51,957 nt of DNA from a virus (Duplodnaviria; Caudoviricetes), in IMG/VR virus record IMGVR_UViG_3300022743_000007, positions 1 to 51,957 of that record; one strand, given 5' to 3'. Under the pieces are notes generated by a model, which saw only the letters and a list, made by a program, of their open reading frames with translations, ran no database searches and had not been told where the DNA came from. Every line of letters starts with the position of its first letter. Position 1 is the first letter of the stretch. The translations under genes and the position numbers were made by a program. Of the stretch, positions 28,645-38,611 are shown one piece after another.

Positions 28645-29232
28645 ATGCAACTCGAACCAATCATTTCAGCACTGCGAACTCGCTGCCCGAGTTTTGGTAA
28701 TCGCATCGCCGGTGCCGCACAGTTCAAGCTGCTTCCAGAAAACGCAGCACTCGCCGTTCCCTGTGCCTTCGTCATCCCGCTGGATGACAGCCCGCAGGAA
28801 TCCCGTGCGCAGAACAGTGTTCGCCAAGCGCTGACAGACAGTTTTGCAGTCGTCGTGGCGGTGAGCAACGTGGCAGACGAGAAGGGACAGATCGGTGCGC
28901 AGAGTATTCACTCGCTGCGCGCGGAAGTTTGGGCCGCGTTGCTCGGCTGGCGGCCCGATTTGCGTTACGACGGGATCAACTATGAGGGTGGGCATCTGCT
29001 CAGCCTAGACCGAGCGCGGCTCTGGTACCAGTTTGAATTTGGTGCGCTGATGGAAATTGAGCCGAGTGATGGCTATCAGGAAACAGAACTTGCCACCTTG
29101 CCACATTTTGATGGCGGCACGATCAATGTCGACGTCATCGATCCGATGGCCGATCCGAACGTGCAGTACCCCGGACCGGATCAGCGAATCGAGGCCAAGT
29201 TGGTGATTCCGAAGTCCGGAAACCTGCCGTAG
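28645..29232 (+). CDS. Putative tail terminator protein
   Basis: Position before the sheath; AEVWAALLGW, RLWYQFEF. Confidence 0.7.
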   Translation: MQLEPIISALRTRCPSFGNRIAGAAQFKLLPENAALAVPCAFVIPLDDSPQESRAQNSVRQALTDSFAVVVAVSNVADEKGQIGAQSIHSLRAEVWAALLGWRPDLRYDGINYEGGHLLSLDRARLWYQFEFGALMEIEPSDGYQETELATLPHFDGGTINVDVIDPMADPNVQYPGPDQRIEAKLVIPKSGNLP

Positions 29233-29257
29233 CCCACTGCTGAGTCACCTTTATCCG

Positions 29258-29281
29258 ACCCGCCCGTGTGGCGGGTTTTTT
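29258..29281 (+). terminator. Intrinsic terminator before the sheath genes
   Basis: ACCCGCC-cgtgt-GGCGGGT followed by a T run. Confidence 0.7.
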
Positions 29282-29301
29282 ACGTTAACAGGAGTTATCC
29301 C

Positions 29302-29469
29302 ATGTTCGTCAAACCCGTCGAAAACCGCCAAGTGCCTGATCCGGTTCGCGGCGACACCTTGCCGCCGGAAGGCCGCGATGTTGAGCCGATCCAATACTGG
29401 CAGCGCCGCCTCGTCGATGGTGACGTGGTCGAAGCCGCCCCGGAACCCATCAAGAAAACCAAGGAGTAA
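29302..29469 (+). CDS. DUF2635 family protein (Mu gp38-like)
   Basis: MFVKP..RQVPDP, LPPEGR, YWQRRLVDGDV. Confidence 0.85.
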   Translation: MFVKPVENRQVPDPVRGDTLPPEGRDVEPIQYWQRRLVDGDVVEAAPEPIKKTKE

Positions 29470-29472
29470 ATC

Positions 29473-30981
29473 ATGGCCGTATCATTCAACTACATCCCGG
29501 CCAATGTTCGCGTGCCGCTGTTCTATGCGGAAATGGACAATAGCCAGGCTGGCTACTTCACCCAGAACAAGCGCTCGCTGCTGGTCGGTCAGAAGCTTGC
29601 TACGGGCACGGCGGTGGTCAATACGCCCTATCTGGTGAGTACGACCGATGCAGCAAAAACGCTGTTCGGTACCGGATCGATGCTGGCTCGCATGCATGCG
29701 CTCTATCGACTGCAGGACAGTTTTGGTGAGGTCTGGTGTATTGCCGTCGCCGATGCCGGCGCAGGCGTGCAAGCTACCGGCACAATCACCATCACCGGGC
29801 CGGCCACGGCTGCCGGTGCGATCAACCTCTACATTGGTGGCCAGAAAGTCTCGGTCGCCGTGGGGGCTTCCGATGCTGCCAATACCATCGCCACTGCGAT
29901 CAACACGGCGATCAATGCCGCTACCGATCTGCCGGTGACCAGCACCGTTACCACCAACGTGGTGACGCTGACCTGCCGCTGGAAGGGGGCCACCGGCAAC
30001 GACATCACGATCCTCGACAGCTTCCGTGGATTCGCTGGTGGTGAAACCATCCCGGCAGGTGTTTCCCTGGCTTATTCCGGTAGCGGTCTGCTGGCCAGCG
30101 GTGCCACCAACCCGACGTTGCCAGGCAACGTGATTACGGCGATGGGCGATGACGAGTACGACTACGTCATCCACCCGTACACCGACAGCACCAGCCTCGA
30201 TGCCTTCCAGACCGAATACAACGACTCAGTCGGTCGCTGGGCATGGTCGCGTCAGGTCTATGGTCATGTCTACACCGCCCTGCGCGGCACGCTCAGTGCA
30301 CTGACTACGGCCGGCGCGTTACGCAATGACCCACACCACACGATCGCCGGTATCGATGTCGATTGCCCGAGTCCGAGCTGGGAGTATGCTGCTGCCTATG
30401 GCGGTGCGAATGCCCTGGGTCTCAACGTTGATGTGGCGCGCCCGACCCAGACCCTGCCGCTCACCGGCATTCTGGTCCCGCGAGCCGGCAAGCGCTTCCT
30501 GCTGACCGAACGCCAGTCGCTGCTCAACTACGGCGTCGCTACCAGCTTCGTTTCGGGCGGTCTGCTGCGTGTCGAGCGGGCAATCACGACGTACCAGAAA
30601 AACACCTGGGGTCAGGCGGATCCGAGCTACCTGGACAGCGAAACACTGCACCAACTGACCGAGATCACCCGTCGCCTGCGCAACCGCATCACTCAGAAGT
30701 ACCCGCGCCACAAGCTGGCCAACGACGGTACCCGCTTCGGTGCTGGTCAGGCCATCGTCACGCCGAGCGTCATTCGCGGCGAAATCATGGCCGAGTACTC
30801 GGACATGGAGGAAGTCGGCCTGGTCGAAAACGCCAAGCTCTTCGCCAAGTACCTGATCGTCGAGCGCGATTCGACCAATCCGAACCGCGTGAATGTGCTG
30901 CTGCCGCCTGACCTGGTCAATCAGCTGCGCATCTTCGCGCTGCTCAACCAGTTCCGCCTGCAGTACGGCGCCAACGCTTAA
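29473..30981 (+). CDS. Contractile tail sheath, Mu gpL-like
   Basis: IPANVRVPLFYAE, FGTGSMLARM, KYPRHKLANDG, PDLVNQLRIFA. Confidence 0.95.
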   Translation: MAVSFNYIPANVRVPLFYAEMDNSQAGYFTQNKRSLLVGQKLATGTAVVNTPYLVSTTDAAKTLFGTGSMLARMHALYRLQDSFGEVWCIAVADAGAGVQATGTITITGPATAAGAINLYIGGQKVSVAVGASDAANTIATAINTAINAATDLPVTSTVTTNVVTLTCRWKGATGNDITILDSFRGFAGGETIPAGVSLAYSGSGLLASGATNPTLPGNVITAMGDDEYDYVIHPYTDSTSLDAFQTEYNDSVGRWAWSRQVYGHVYTALRGTLSALTTAGALRNDPHHTIAGIDVDCPSPSWEYAAAYGGANALGLNVDVARPTQTLPLTGILVPRAGKRFLLTERQSLLNYGVATSFVSGGLLRVERAITTYQKNTWGQADPSYLDSETLHQLTEITRRLRNRITQKYPRHKLANDGTRFGAGQAIVTPSVIRGEIMAEYSDMEEVGLVENAKLFAKYLIVERDSTNPNRVNVLLPPDLVNQLRIFALLNQFRLQYGANA

Positions 30982-31034
30982 CCCCCGGTGAGGCTGCTTG
31001 ATCAAGCGCCTCACTAAGTAGAAAGGAAACGATC

Positions 31035-31394
31035 ATGGCAAAACGTGTTGCCGGTATTTGCTACATCAAGGTCGACGGCGAGCAGCTCGAGGTATCGGGT
31101 GGCGTCGAAGCGCCGATTGTCGAACTCAAGCGCGAAACCGTCATGGGCCTGTCCGGTCCTGCAGGTCTCAAGGAAACCGCGCTTGAGCCTTACATCAAGG
31201 TGACGGCCATCTTCATGCCCGGCTTTCCCATGGATACGCTGCGCACCAACACCGAAATGACGGTCACCGCCGAAATGGCCAACGGCAAGGTCTATACCCT
31301 GTCCGGCGCCTTCGTGAAGGGTGAGCCGAGCGCCAAGGGCGAAGACGGGACCGTCGAGCTGGAATTCGGCGGCAAGCGGGGGCAGTGGCAATGA
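31035..31394 (+). CDS. Tail tube protein, Mu-like
   Basis: RVAGICYIKVDG, ANGKVYTL; follows the sheath. Confidence 0.9.
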   Translation: MAKRVAGICYIKVDGEQLEVSGGVEAPIVELKRETVMGLSGPAGLKETALEPYIKVTAIFMPGFPMDTLRTNTEMTVTAEMANGKVYTLSGAFVKGEPSAKGEDGTVELEFGGKRGQWQ

Positions 31395-31699
31395 GCGCCG
31401 TCATCCCGCTTTCCAAGCCGATCAAGGCGCACGGCGACGAAGTTTCGGAAATCTCGCTGCGCGAACCCACCACCAAGGACATCATCGAGCTGGGTCTGCC
31501 CACACTCATTATCCCGGGCGCCGATGGGCAAAGCACGGGTGTCGAGATCCGGCAGCCGGTGGTCGCACGCTACATCTGCCGTCTGGCGGCGATCCCCATG
31601 GGTAGCGTCGAGTCGCTGGCCGTGAAGGACTTCTCCCTTTGTACCGCAGCGGTGATGGGTTTTTTCGGCTCGGGCGATGGCGAAGCGCCGACGACATAA
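31391..31699 (+). CDS. Tail assembly chaperone
   Basis: LSKPIKAHG..LREPT; between tube and tape measure. Confidence 0.85.
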   Translation: MSAVIPLSKPIKAHGDEVSEISLREPTTKDIIELGLPTLIIPGADGQSTGVEIRQPVVARYICRLAAIPMGSVESLAVKDFSLCTAAVMGFFGSGDGEAPTT

Positions 31700-31842
31700 C
31701 TGACCGCGTTTTCGAGGTCGCCTACTTCTGGCGGGTGAGTCCCGCCGAAATCATGGCCCTGTCGCTCGATGAGTTCAGTCTCTACGAGCGGCAGGCCGAA
31801 CGCCTGGCAGAGCAGCTGCAGGCGCAACACCAACCGGAGTAA
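31657..31842 (+). CDS. -1 frameshift extension of the tail assembly chaperone (G-T / E-E' type)
   Basis: Slippery G GGT TTT / T TTT TTC at 31657-31666; -1 frame reads VAYFWRVSPAEIMALSLDE to a stop at 31842, just before the tape measure gene. Confidence 0.75.
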   Translation, partial: GFFRLGRWRSADDITDRVFEVAYFWRVSPAEIMALSLDEFSLYERQAERLAEQLQAQHQPE

Positions 31843-31845
31843 ATC

Positions 31846-33501
31846 ATGGCCGATAACTGGCAACTCAAGGCGGTGCTCTCTGCCGTCGACCAGATGTCGC
31901 CGGTCCTGAAAAGCGTCAGCAACGTCGCCAAGACGACCCGCAAGTACCTGTCGGATGTTGCTGGTGCGGCCAGTGGGCTGACCAGCAAGGTCGGCCTGCC
32001 GCTGACGGCGCTCTCCGGGATCCTTGGTGGATTTTCTGCGGTGGCGATCAAAAATGCCGTGGTCGGCTTCACCGACATGGGTGAGGCGCTCTACAAGTCG
32101 AGTCTGCGCACCGGCATGAGCGTCGAGCAACTGCAACGCATGAAATACGTCGCAGAACAGTCTGGCGTGCCGATTGAGGCGCTCGAGGGTGGCATTGGCA
32201 AACTCAACCGGAATATCGGCATGGCTGCTGCCGGGAAGAGCAAAGACCTAGCTGCGCTGATGCAGAAGCTAGGGATTTCGACGCGCGATGCCAACGGTCA
32301 GCTGAAGTCGGGCATCGATATCCTGCCGCAATTGTCGGATGCCTTTGTCCGCAACAAGAACCCAGTGGTTCAGGCCCGCATGGGCATGGCCCTGTTCGGC
32401 AAGAGCTGGCAGGAAATGGTGCCGCTTCTGATGGAAGGTGCAGACGGCATCAATTCAAGCCTCGATCGCTTCAAGCGATTGAAGGGCGTGATGAATCTAG
32501 ACGATCTCAAGGGCGCCAAGGAACTCGGCGACAAGTTCAAGGACTTGGAATTCGTTACCAAGGGCTTCCAGAACACCATCGCCAAGGAGCTGGTGCCGGT
32601 CCTCGCTCCGCTGATCGAGTATATCGTCCAGTGGGCCGCAGCAAACCGAAAGGTGATGTCGACCGGCGTGAAGGAATTTGTCCGCGACCTGGTTGCAGGG
32701 ATGCGCCAAGTTGATTGGAGTGCAGTGATAGAAGGGGCCAAGAACTTTGCCCGATCACTCGGCACTCTGGTGGATTGGATCGGCGGGGCGAGAAACGCAC
32801 TGATCCTGTTGGCGGTCGTGATGAATGCCCAGACGATCATGGCGATCGCCGGTCTGATCGGTGCCCTTGGGCGTGCTGGAATTGCGTTCCTGATTATGGC
32901 CGCAAATGCGTACATCGCCGGCAATGCCTCGCTGCTTTCCCTGATGCGCATCGCTGCGGTGGCGCTCTTCACGGCAGGTCCGATTGGTGTGCTGGGCGCC
33001 GCCTTTACTTGGTTGGCGGGCATTGCTGCCGGGGCCAGCGGTCTGATCAGTGGGGCCATGGGTGCGGTCAGTCTTGCCATCCGTGGCATTGGTGCCACGC
33101 TGATGGCCAATCCGCTCGGCATCATTCTCGCCCTGGCGACGGCGGCGTATCTGATCTACCAGAATTGGGACACGCTCAAGGCTTGGTTCTCCAGCTTTTT
33201 CGACTGGATCGGTGAAAAGTTCCAGAAGGTGGTCGGCTGGGCGGTTGATCTGGCGCACTCCGTCGGCAGTTTTTTCGGGGGTGACAGCTCGGCTCGAGCG
33301 GCAACGAACGCCGGATCCGCACTCAATGGCGAGCGTCAGTCACTGGTTGGCCCGGCCAGCCAGGTGAAAGCCTCCGGCCAGATTGAGGTCAGTTTCAAGG
33401 ATGCGCCGCAAGGCATGCGTGTCGAGCAGGCGAAGGTCGGCGGCGACGTGCCGATCAACACCAATGTGGGCTATCGCTCCTACGCAACGGGAATGCCGTA
33501 A
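31846..33501 (+). CDS. Tail tape measure protein
   Basis: LSAVDQMSP start, Ala/Gly-rich helical sequence, IYQNWD; position. Confidence 0.9.
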   Translation: MADNWQLKAVLSAVDQMSPVLKSVSNVAKTTRKYLSDVAGAASGLTSKVGLPLTALSGILGGFSAVAIKNAVVGFTDMGEALYKSSLRTGMSVEQLQRMKYVAEQSGVPIEALEGGIGKLNRNIGMAAAGKSKDLAALMQKLGISTRDANGQLKSGIDILPQLSDAFVRNKNPVVQARMGMALFGKSWQEMVPLLMEGADGINSSLDRFKRLKGVMNLDDLKGAKELGDKFKDLEFVTKGFQNTIAKELVPVLAPLIEYIVQWAAANRKVMSTGVKEFVRDLVAGMRQVDWSAVIEGAKNFARSLGTLVDWIGGARNALILLAVVMNAQTIMAIAGLIGALGRAGIAFLIMAANAYIAGNASLLSLMRIAAVALFTAGPIGVLGAAFTWLAGIAAGASGLISGAMGAVSLAIRGIGATLMANPLGIILALATAAYLIYQNWDTLKAWFSSFFDWIGEKFQKVVGWAVDLAHSVGSFFGGDSSARAATNAGSALNGERQSLVGPASQVKASGQIEVSFKDAPQGMRVEQAKVGGDVPINTNVGYRSYATGMP

Positions 33502-34721
33502 TGGCAGAGAAAAAGAAACTCTCCGACAACCTGCGCCCGGCCAGTTTTCGGGGCGTTCTGTTTCAGGTGGAAACTACCGAACTGGCCGCAGGGCGTCGCA
33601 CGCAGTTGCACGAGTACCCGCAGCGCGACAAACCCTATGTCGAAGATCTAGGGCGTGCGGCACGGGACCTGAACTTTGCCGGCTTTGTGGTCGGTGACGA
33701 TTACATTGATCAGGCCAACGCGCTGTTGGGAGCCCTCGAGGAACCCGGGCCGGGTACGCTGATCCATCCGTGGTTCGGTACGCTGACGGTCAGCATCAAG
33801 GATACGGCGCGGGTTTCGTTTGACGCCGCGCTCGGGCAGGCTCGGTTCTCCATGTCGTTTGTGGAATCCGGTGAGCTTGAATTTCCGTCGTCGGAAACAT
33901 CGACGCAGGCTGCCTCGCGCATTGCTGCATCCGATCTTGAAAAAGCATCGGTCGAGTCTTTTGCAGATCGGTTCTCGATCAAGGGATTTCAGGATTTTGT
34001 TGCGGCAGCCGCGAACGGCAATTTGGGCGACATGTTGGGCATCGTTTCCGCGAGCGAAATCGGCAAGGTGCTCGGGTACGCCAATAGCCTGGCCAACACC
34101 GTGTCGACTGCGATTGCTCTGGTGTCGAATCCAAGCTCGCTCGGCTGGAAAATCATGGGCGCCTTCGGCCTATCCGGTCTGGCCACCACGGTGGCGGCGT
34201 GGAGCAACATCGTCCGCTCGCTGTCTCGGGTTGGCTCGAGCAGCAAGATCGATGCACCTGGTGTGCCGGTGGTTTATACGCCGTCGCGTCAGCAAGCCTA
34301 CGTCAATGCCTGCGCCGTCAATGCGCTTGGCCGGCAGGCCTTGATCGCCCAAGCGGTCGGCGCATCCAGCCTGGTCGGCACTACCGTCGATTCGTCAGCC
34401 AAGCCGGTGATCAGTTACACGGACATGGTCGCTGTGCGCAATGAGTTGATCGCGGTTATCGACCGGGAGTCGCTCACCGCGTCCGATCAAGTCTATGCCG
34501 CGCTGATGAAAGTCCGCGCCGCTGTCTGGAATGACCTGACGACGCGTGCCAGGGAGAGCGCCCGCCTGACCACGCTGACGCCGAATGAAGTGATGCCAGC
34601 CCTGGTGCTGGCCTACGACTACTACGAGGATGCCTCGCGCGACACCGATATCGTGGCGCGCAACGGCATCCGTCATCCCGGCTTCGTGCCGGTGCTGCCG
34701 ATCAAGGTTTTGACGCGATGA
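33501..34721 (+). CDS. Mu-like DNA circularization protein
   Basis: LRPASFRGV, HEYPQRD..VEDLGR, GTLIHPWFG, RNGIRHPGF. Confidence 0.9.
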   Translation: MAEKKKLSDNLRPASFRGVLFQVETTELAAGRRTQLHEYPQRDKPYVEDLGRAARDLNFAGFVVGDDYIDQANALLGALEEPGPGTLIHPWFGTLTVSIKDTARVSFDAALGQARFSMSFVESGELEFPSSETSTQAASRIAASDLEKASVESFADRFSIKGFQDFVAAAANGNLGDMLGIVSASEIGKVLGYANSLANTVSTAIALVSNPSSLGWKIMGAFGLSGLATTVAAWSNIVRSLSRVGSSSKIDAPGVPVVYTPSRQQAYVNACAVNALGRQALIAQAVGASSLVGTTVDSSAKPVISYTDMVAVRNELIAVIDRESLTASDQVYAALMKVRAAVWNDLTTRARESARLTTLTPNEVMPALVLAYDYYEDASRDTDIVARNGIRHPGFVPVLPIKVLTR

Positions 34722-35959
34722 CTGTTTTGTATCCAGACCCCGCGAACGCTGTCCGCCTGCTGGTCAATGGACAAGAGTACGACGGTTGGAAGTCGGTGCG
34801 GATAACGGCCGGCATCGAACGGCAGGCGCGGGACTTCGACCTCGAGGTTACGGATCGCTGGCCGGGGCAGACGGATATCCCACGCCGGATCCAGCCGGGC
34901 GATCCGTGCCAGGTGTATATCGGGCAAGACTTGGTGATGACCGGCTATGTCGACGCAACACCGATCCGCTACGACGGCAAGACGGTTGGCGTTGGGATAA
35001 AGGGTCGCAGCAAAACGGCTGATCTGGTGGATTGCTGCCCGATCCCTTCTGGAGAAAGCACAGCGGCATCTGGCGGTGGCACCTGGAAGGATGTAATCGG
35101 CCCGGATGGCAAGCAGCCCAATGTGGTGAAGCCACCGGCCAAGAGCGCCAATCAGTGGCGCAGCCAGAAGATGGAAGTGATCGCTGCCGCCCTAGCTGCG
35201 CCGTATGGCGTCCGGGTGGTGGCCGAGGTTGATACCGGCAAGACCATTCCTGATCACCAGGTGCAAGTCGGTGAGACGGTATTCGAGAGCATCGACCGCA
35301 TGATGCGCCTGCGTCATGTGTTGTCGACCGACAACGAGAAGGGCGATCTGGTGTTCATCGATGTTGGCAGCACTGGCCGCGCCGGTACTGCTATTGAGTT
35401 GGGCAAGAACATCCTGACCGGGAACTCCCCGCTCGATTACAAAGGGGTTTTTTCCGAGTACATCGTTAAGGGACAGCGCGCTGGCAACGACGAGCAATAC
35501 GGCTCGGATGTCTCGGAAGAAGAGGGAAGTGCTGAAGACGACAGCAACACAACGGTCACCGGCGAGACGGCAACAGCCACCGACGCCCGCGCCAAACGTC
35601 GCCGTATTTTGGTTATTAAGCAGTCCGGTCAGGCGGACGAAGGCACCTGCAAGGACCGCGCCGAATACGAGCGCGCGCACCGGGCTGCCAAGGCGCTGCA
35701 GACCGATTACACAATCAACGGCTGGCGTCAGGAAGATGGCAACCTGTGGTTGCCGAATCTGCTGGTGCGCGTGCGCGACGGCCTGATCGGCTTCGACACC
35801 GAAATGGTGATTGCCGAGGTGTCGTGGATTCTCGGCAAGGAAGGCTTCCGAGTCGAGATCAAGGTCGGACCACCTGATGGCTACCGAACTAAGGCTGGCA
35901 AGCTCAAGACGAGCAAATCTCAAAAGGGCGGTGGCCCGCAATGGAGTGATGTGAAATGA
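34718..35959 (+). CDS. Baseplate hub, Mu gp44/P-like
   Basis: GWKSVRI..GIE, GRSKTADLVDC, GWRQ..G.LW.PN. Confidence 0.88.
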   Translation: MTVLYPDPANAVRLLVNGQEYDGWKSVRITAGIERQARDFDLEVTDRWPGQTDIPRRIQPGDPCQVYIGQDLVMTGYVDATPIRYDGKTVGVGIKGRSKTADLVDCCPIPSGESTAASGGGTWKDVIGPDGKQPNVVKPPAKSANQWRSQKMEVIAAALAAPYGVRVVAEVDTGKTIPDHQVQVGETVFESIDRMMRLRHVLSTDNEKGDLVFIDVGSTGRAGTAIELGKNILTGNSPLDYKGVFSEYIVKGQRAGNDEQYGSDVSEEEGSAEDDSNTTVTGETATATDARAKRRRILVIKQSGQADEGTCKDRAEYERAHRAAKALQTDYTINGWRQEDGNLWLPNLLVRVRDGLIGFDTEMVIAEVSWILGKEGFRVEIKVGPPDGYRTKAGKLKTSKSQKGGGPQWSDVK

Positions 35960-36537
35960 GCGACCTCGGCAAGATGCTCGCGCCGTTCGCGCGTCGTCTC
36001 GGCAACATGCTGGCTCGGGGTAGCGTGGCTGCTGCCAACGGGGCTGGCAAGATGCGCACCCTGCAGATCCGGATGATGGCCGACGAGACGAAAGACGACG
36101 TCGAGCACTTTGAGCCTTACGGCTTCACTTCTGAGGTGATGCCAGGTTCTGAACCGATTGCCGCTTTCTTCGACGGCGACCGATCGCATGGCGTGGTGCT
36201 GGTAGTTGCCGATCGGCGCTATCGACTGACCGGAATGACATCCGGAGAGGTTGCACTCTACGATGACCAGGGGCAGAAGGTTTATCTGACGCGCACCGGC
36301 ATCGTGATCAATGGTGCAAACCTGCCGTTGGTCATCCAGGACGTGCCGACTGCGACGATCAAGGCAGGCACCAAGGTGCGCTTTGAAACGCCGCTTCTGG
36401 AAGTGACCGGCCAGATCAAAGATATGAGCGACAGCACCGGGAAAACCATGTCGGCCATGCGCTCGACCTACAACGGCCATACGCATCACGAAAACGATGT
36501 GCATGGCGAGACTAACAACCCGACCCAACAGATGTAG
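35956..36537 (+). CDS. Baseplate spike, Mu gp45/gpV-like
   Basis: EPYGFTS, GDRSHG, GEVALYD, C-terminal HTH metal-binding motif (HTHHE). Confidence 0.9.
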   Translation: MSDLGKMLAPFARRLGNMLARGSVAAANGAGKMRTLQIRMMADETKDDVEHFEPYGFTSEVMPGSEPIAAFFDGDRSHGVVLVVADRRYRLTGMTSGEVALYDDQGQKVYLTRTGIVINGANLPLVIQDVPTATIKAGTKVRFETPLLEVTGQIKDMSDSTGKTMSAMRSTYNGHTHHENDVHGETNNPTQQM

Positions 36538-36539
36538 CC

Positions 36540-36983
36540 ATGATCAATGACCAACCACTGACCGTCGTTATCGATGGGCAGACGATCCCGCTCGGGCTGG
36601 ATTCTTCAGAACCGCTGGTCCGCGCCGTCGTCATCAGCCTCTTCACCTGGCGTCGGGCGAATCCGGATGACGATCTCCCGGGTGATCTCCGGCAGGGCTG
36701 GTGGGGTGACAACTTCCCAGCCGTGCCGAACGACAGGATCGGATCCCGGCTCTGGCTGCTATCACGCGCCAAGCTGACCAGCGAAACCGTGGTCCGTGCC
36801 CGGGAATACGCCGAAGAGGCGCTGGCCTGGCTGGTCAAGGACGGCGTCGCGGTTCGGGTGGTGGTGGAGGCCGAGCGGCAGGGAATTTTCACCCTGGCTC
36901 TGGCCTGCCGAATTTACAAGTCCGACGGCACAGTGCCACTCGATGTTCGCTTCACCGATGTATGGGGGTTCCTGAATGTTTAG
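36540..36983 (+). CDS. Mu gp46-like baseplate protein
   Basis: AVVISLFTWRRA, GWWGD, GSRLWLL. Confidence 0.9.
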   Translation: MINDQPLTVVIDGQTIPLGLDSSEPLVRAVVISLFTWRRANPDDDLPGDLRQGWWGDNFPAVPNDRIGSRLWLLSRAKLTSETVVRAREYAEEALAWLVKDGVAVRVVVEAERQGIFTLALACRIYKSDGTVPLDVRFTDVWGFLNV

Positions 36984-38019
36984 CCGCCCGTCGCTTGCCG
37001 ACATTATCCAGCGCGTCCGCAATGATGTGCTTTCGAGACTATCTACCGATGACGTGCTGCGTCGCGCCGATGCCGAGGTGTACGCCCGCGTCATGGGTGG
37101 CGTAGCCCACGGCCTCTATGGTTTCATCGAGTGGCTGTCTGACCAGGTCATCTACGATACGGCCGAACTGGAATACCTCGAGCGCTGGTGTTCGATCTGG
37201 GGCATCAGCCGAAAGGCTGCTACCGTGGCAACCGGCTCGATCATCTTTACAGTGCAGGCCGGATCGGTAATCCCATCTGGCACTCTGCTGCAAGCCCTCG
37301 ATGGCGTGCAGTACCAGACGACCGAAGATGCCGTGATCGCAGCGCCAACGGCGACCGCGTCTGTTTCTGCCGTAGTAGCTGCTGCTGCAGGAAACCGGGC
37401 AAACGGGCAGAGCCTTTCTCTGGTTTCTCCCGTCGTTGGCGTGCAGACCACGGCAACGGCCGGCGAACTGTCGGGTGGTGCCGATATTGAAACCGACGAT
37501 GCGCTGCGTGCTCGTCTGCTCGCCCGGATCCAGCAGCCACCGCATGGTGGTGCCTCCTACGACTACATCGCCTGGGCGCTTGAGGTTTCCGGCGTGACCC
37601 GCGCCTGGGTGTATCCGGCCGAGCTGGGCCTTGGTACGGTGACCGTCAGATTCGTGCGCGACCTTGATGCCACACCGATCCCGGATGCTGGCGAGGTCGC
37701 CGCCGTGCAAGCCTATATCGATGTGCGCCGTCCGGTGACAGCGCAGGTGACTGTCGTAGCACCAGCCGCCGTGCCGATTAATTTCCAGATACAGGGGCTA
37801 ACACCAAGCAATGCCACCGTGCAGGCCGCTGTCCAAGCCGAGCTGCAGGACTTGCTGCTTCGTGAATCAGTTCCGGGCGGAACGATCCTTCTGTCGCATA
37901 TCCGCGCGGCAATTTCAGCGGCAGCCGGTGAGACTGACTATGTGCTGGTGTCACCAGCGGCGAACGTCACGAACACCACCGGAAACATGAGCACCATGGG
38001 GACGATCACGTGGCTCTAA
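36976..38019 (+). CDS. Baseplate J / Mu gp47-like protein
   Basis: GGADIETDDALRARL, PPHGGASYDY..WA, GVTRAWV. Confidence 0.92.
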   Translation: MFSRPSLADIIQRVRNDVLSRLSTDDVLRRADAEVYARVMGGVAHGLYGFIEWLSDQVIYDTAELEYLERWCSIWGISRKAATVATGSIIFTVQAGSVIPSGTLLQALDGVQYQTTEDAVIAAPTATASVSAVVAAAAGNRANGQSLSLVSPVVGVQTTATAGELSGGADIETDDALRARLLARIQQPPHGGASYDYIAWALEVSGVTRAWVYPAELGLGTVTVRFVRDLDATPIPDAGEVAAVQAYIDVRRPVTAQVTVVAPAAVPINFQIQGLTPSNATVQAAVQAELQDLLLRESVPGGTILLSHIRAAISAAAGETDYVLVSPAANVTNTTGNMSTMGTITWL

Positions 38020-38600
38020 TCGATACCGATTACCTGCACCAGTTGCAGGCTCTGTTGCCGCCCGGACCCGCTTGGCAGAAAGACGACAACGCGCTGCTTA
38101 CGCAAGTGCTATCCGGTCTCTCCGGAGAGATGGCCCGCGTCGACGGGCGCGCTTGGCAGATCGCTGAAGAAGCAGACCCGCGAACAGTGGCTGAGCTATT
38201 TGCTGACTGGGAGCGCGTCACGGGATTGCCGGATGCCTGCGCGGTTGCTTTTGGCGGCACACAAACGGCTGCCCAACGTCGGGCAGCCCTGGTTGGTCGA
38301 TTGACGACGATGGGCGGGCAGTCGCCAGCTTATTACATCGCACTAGCGGCATCGATTGGCTATGCCATCACGATCACGGAGTTTCGCGCTCATACCGTCC
38401 AAGACGATGTCAATTACGCGCTTTTCGGTGGTGCATGGGACTTCGCTTGGCAAGTGAATGCGGCGCTCAACACGATCAACGAAATCACGGTCGACATGAC
38501 GGTTGAAGACCCGCTCGCGGCTTGGGGTAATGCCCTGCTCGAGTGCGTCATCAATCGACTCAAGCCGGCTCACACCACCCTTCTGTACAGCTACACCTAA
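38010..38600 (+). CDS. YmfQ / Mu gp48-like baseplate protein
   Basis: LQALLPPGPAW, WERVTGLPD, LECVINRLKPAHT. Confidence 0.9.
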   Translation: MALIDTDYLHQLQALLPPGPAWQKDDNALLTQVLSGLSGEMARVDGRAWQIAEEADPRTVAELFADWERVTGLPDACAVAFGGTQTAAQRRAALVGRLTTMGGQSPAYYIALAASIGYAITITEFRAHTVQDDVNYALFGGAWDFAWQVNAALNTINEITVDMTVEDPLAAWGNALLECVINRLKPAHTTLLYSYT

Positions 38601-38611
38601 AAGGAGCAACC

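Noticed and set aside
6980-37710. Many long antisense or alternate-frame ORFs (e.g. 6980-8146, 14803-15765, 20645-21622, 22924-23817, 32370-33125)
   Set aside because: Shadow ORFs of GC-rich genes whose sense frames carry clear family motifs.
29473-38600. Transposable Mu-like phage, tailocin or contractile injection system
   Set aside because: No MuA/MuB transposase; a full head, terminase and integrase are present, so it is a site-specific prophage.
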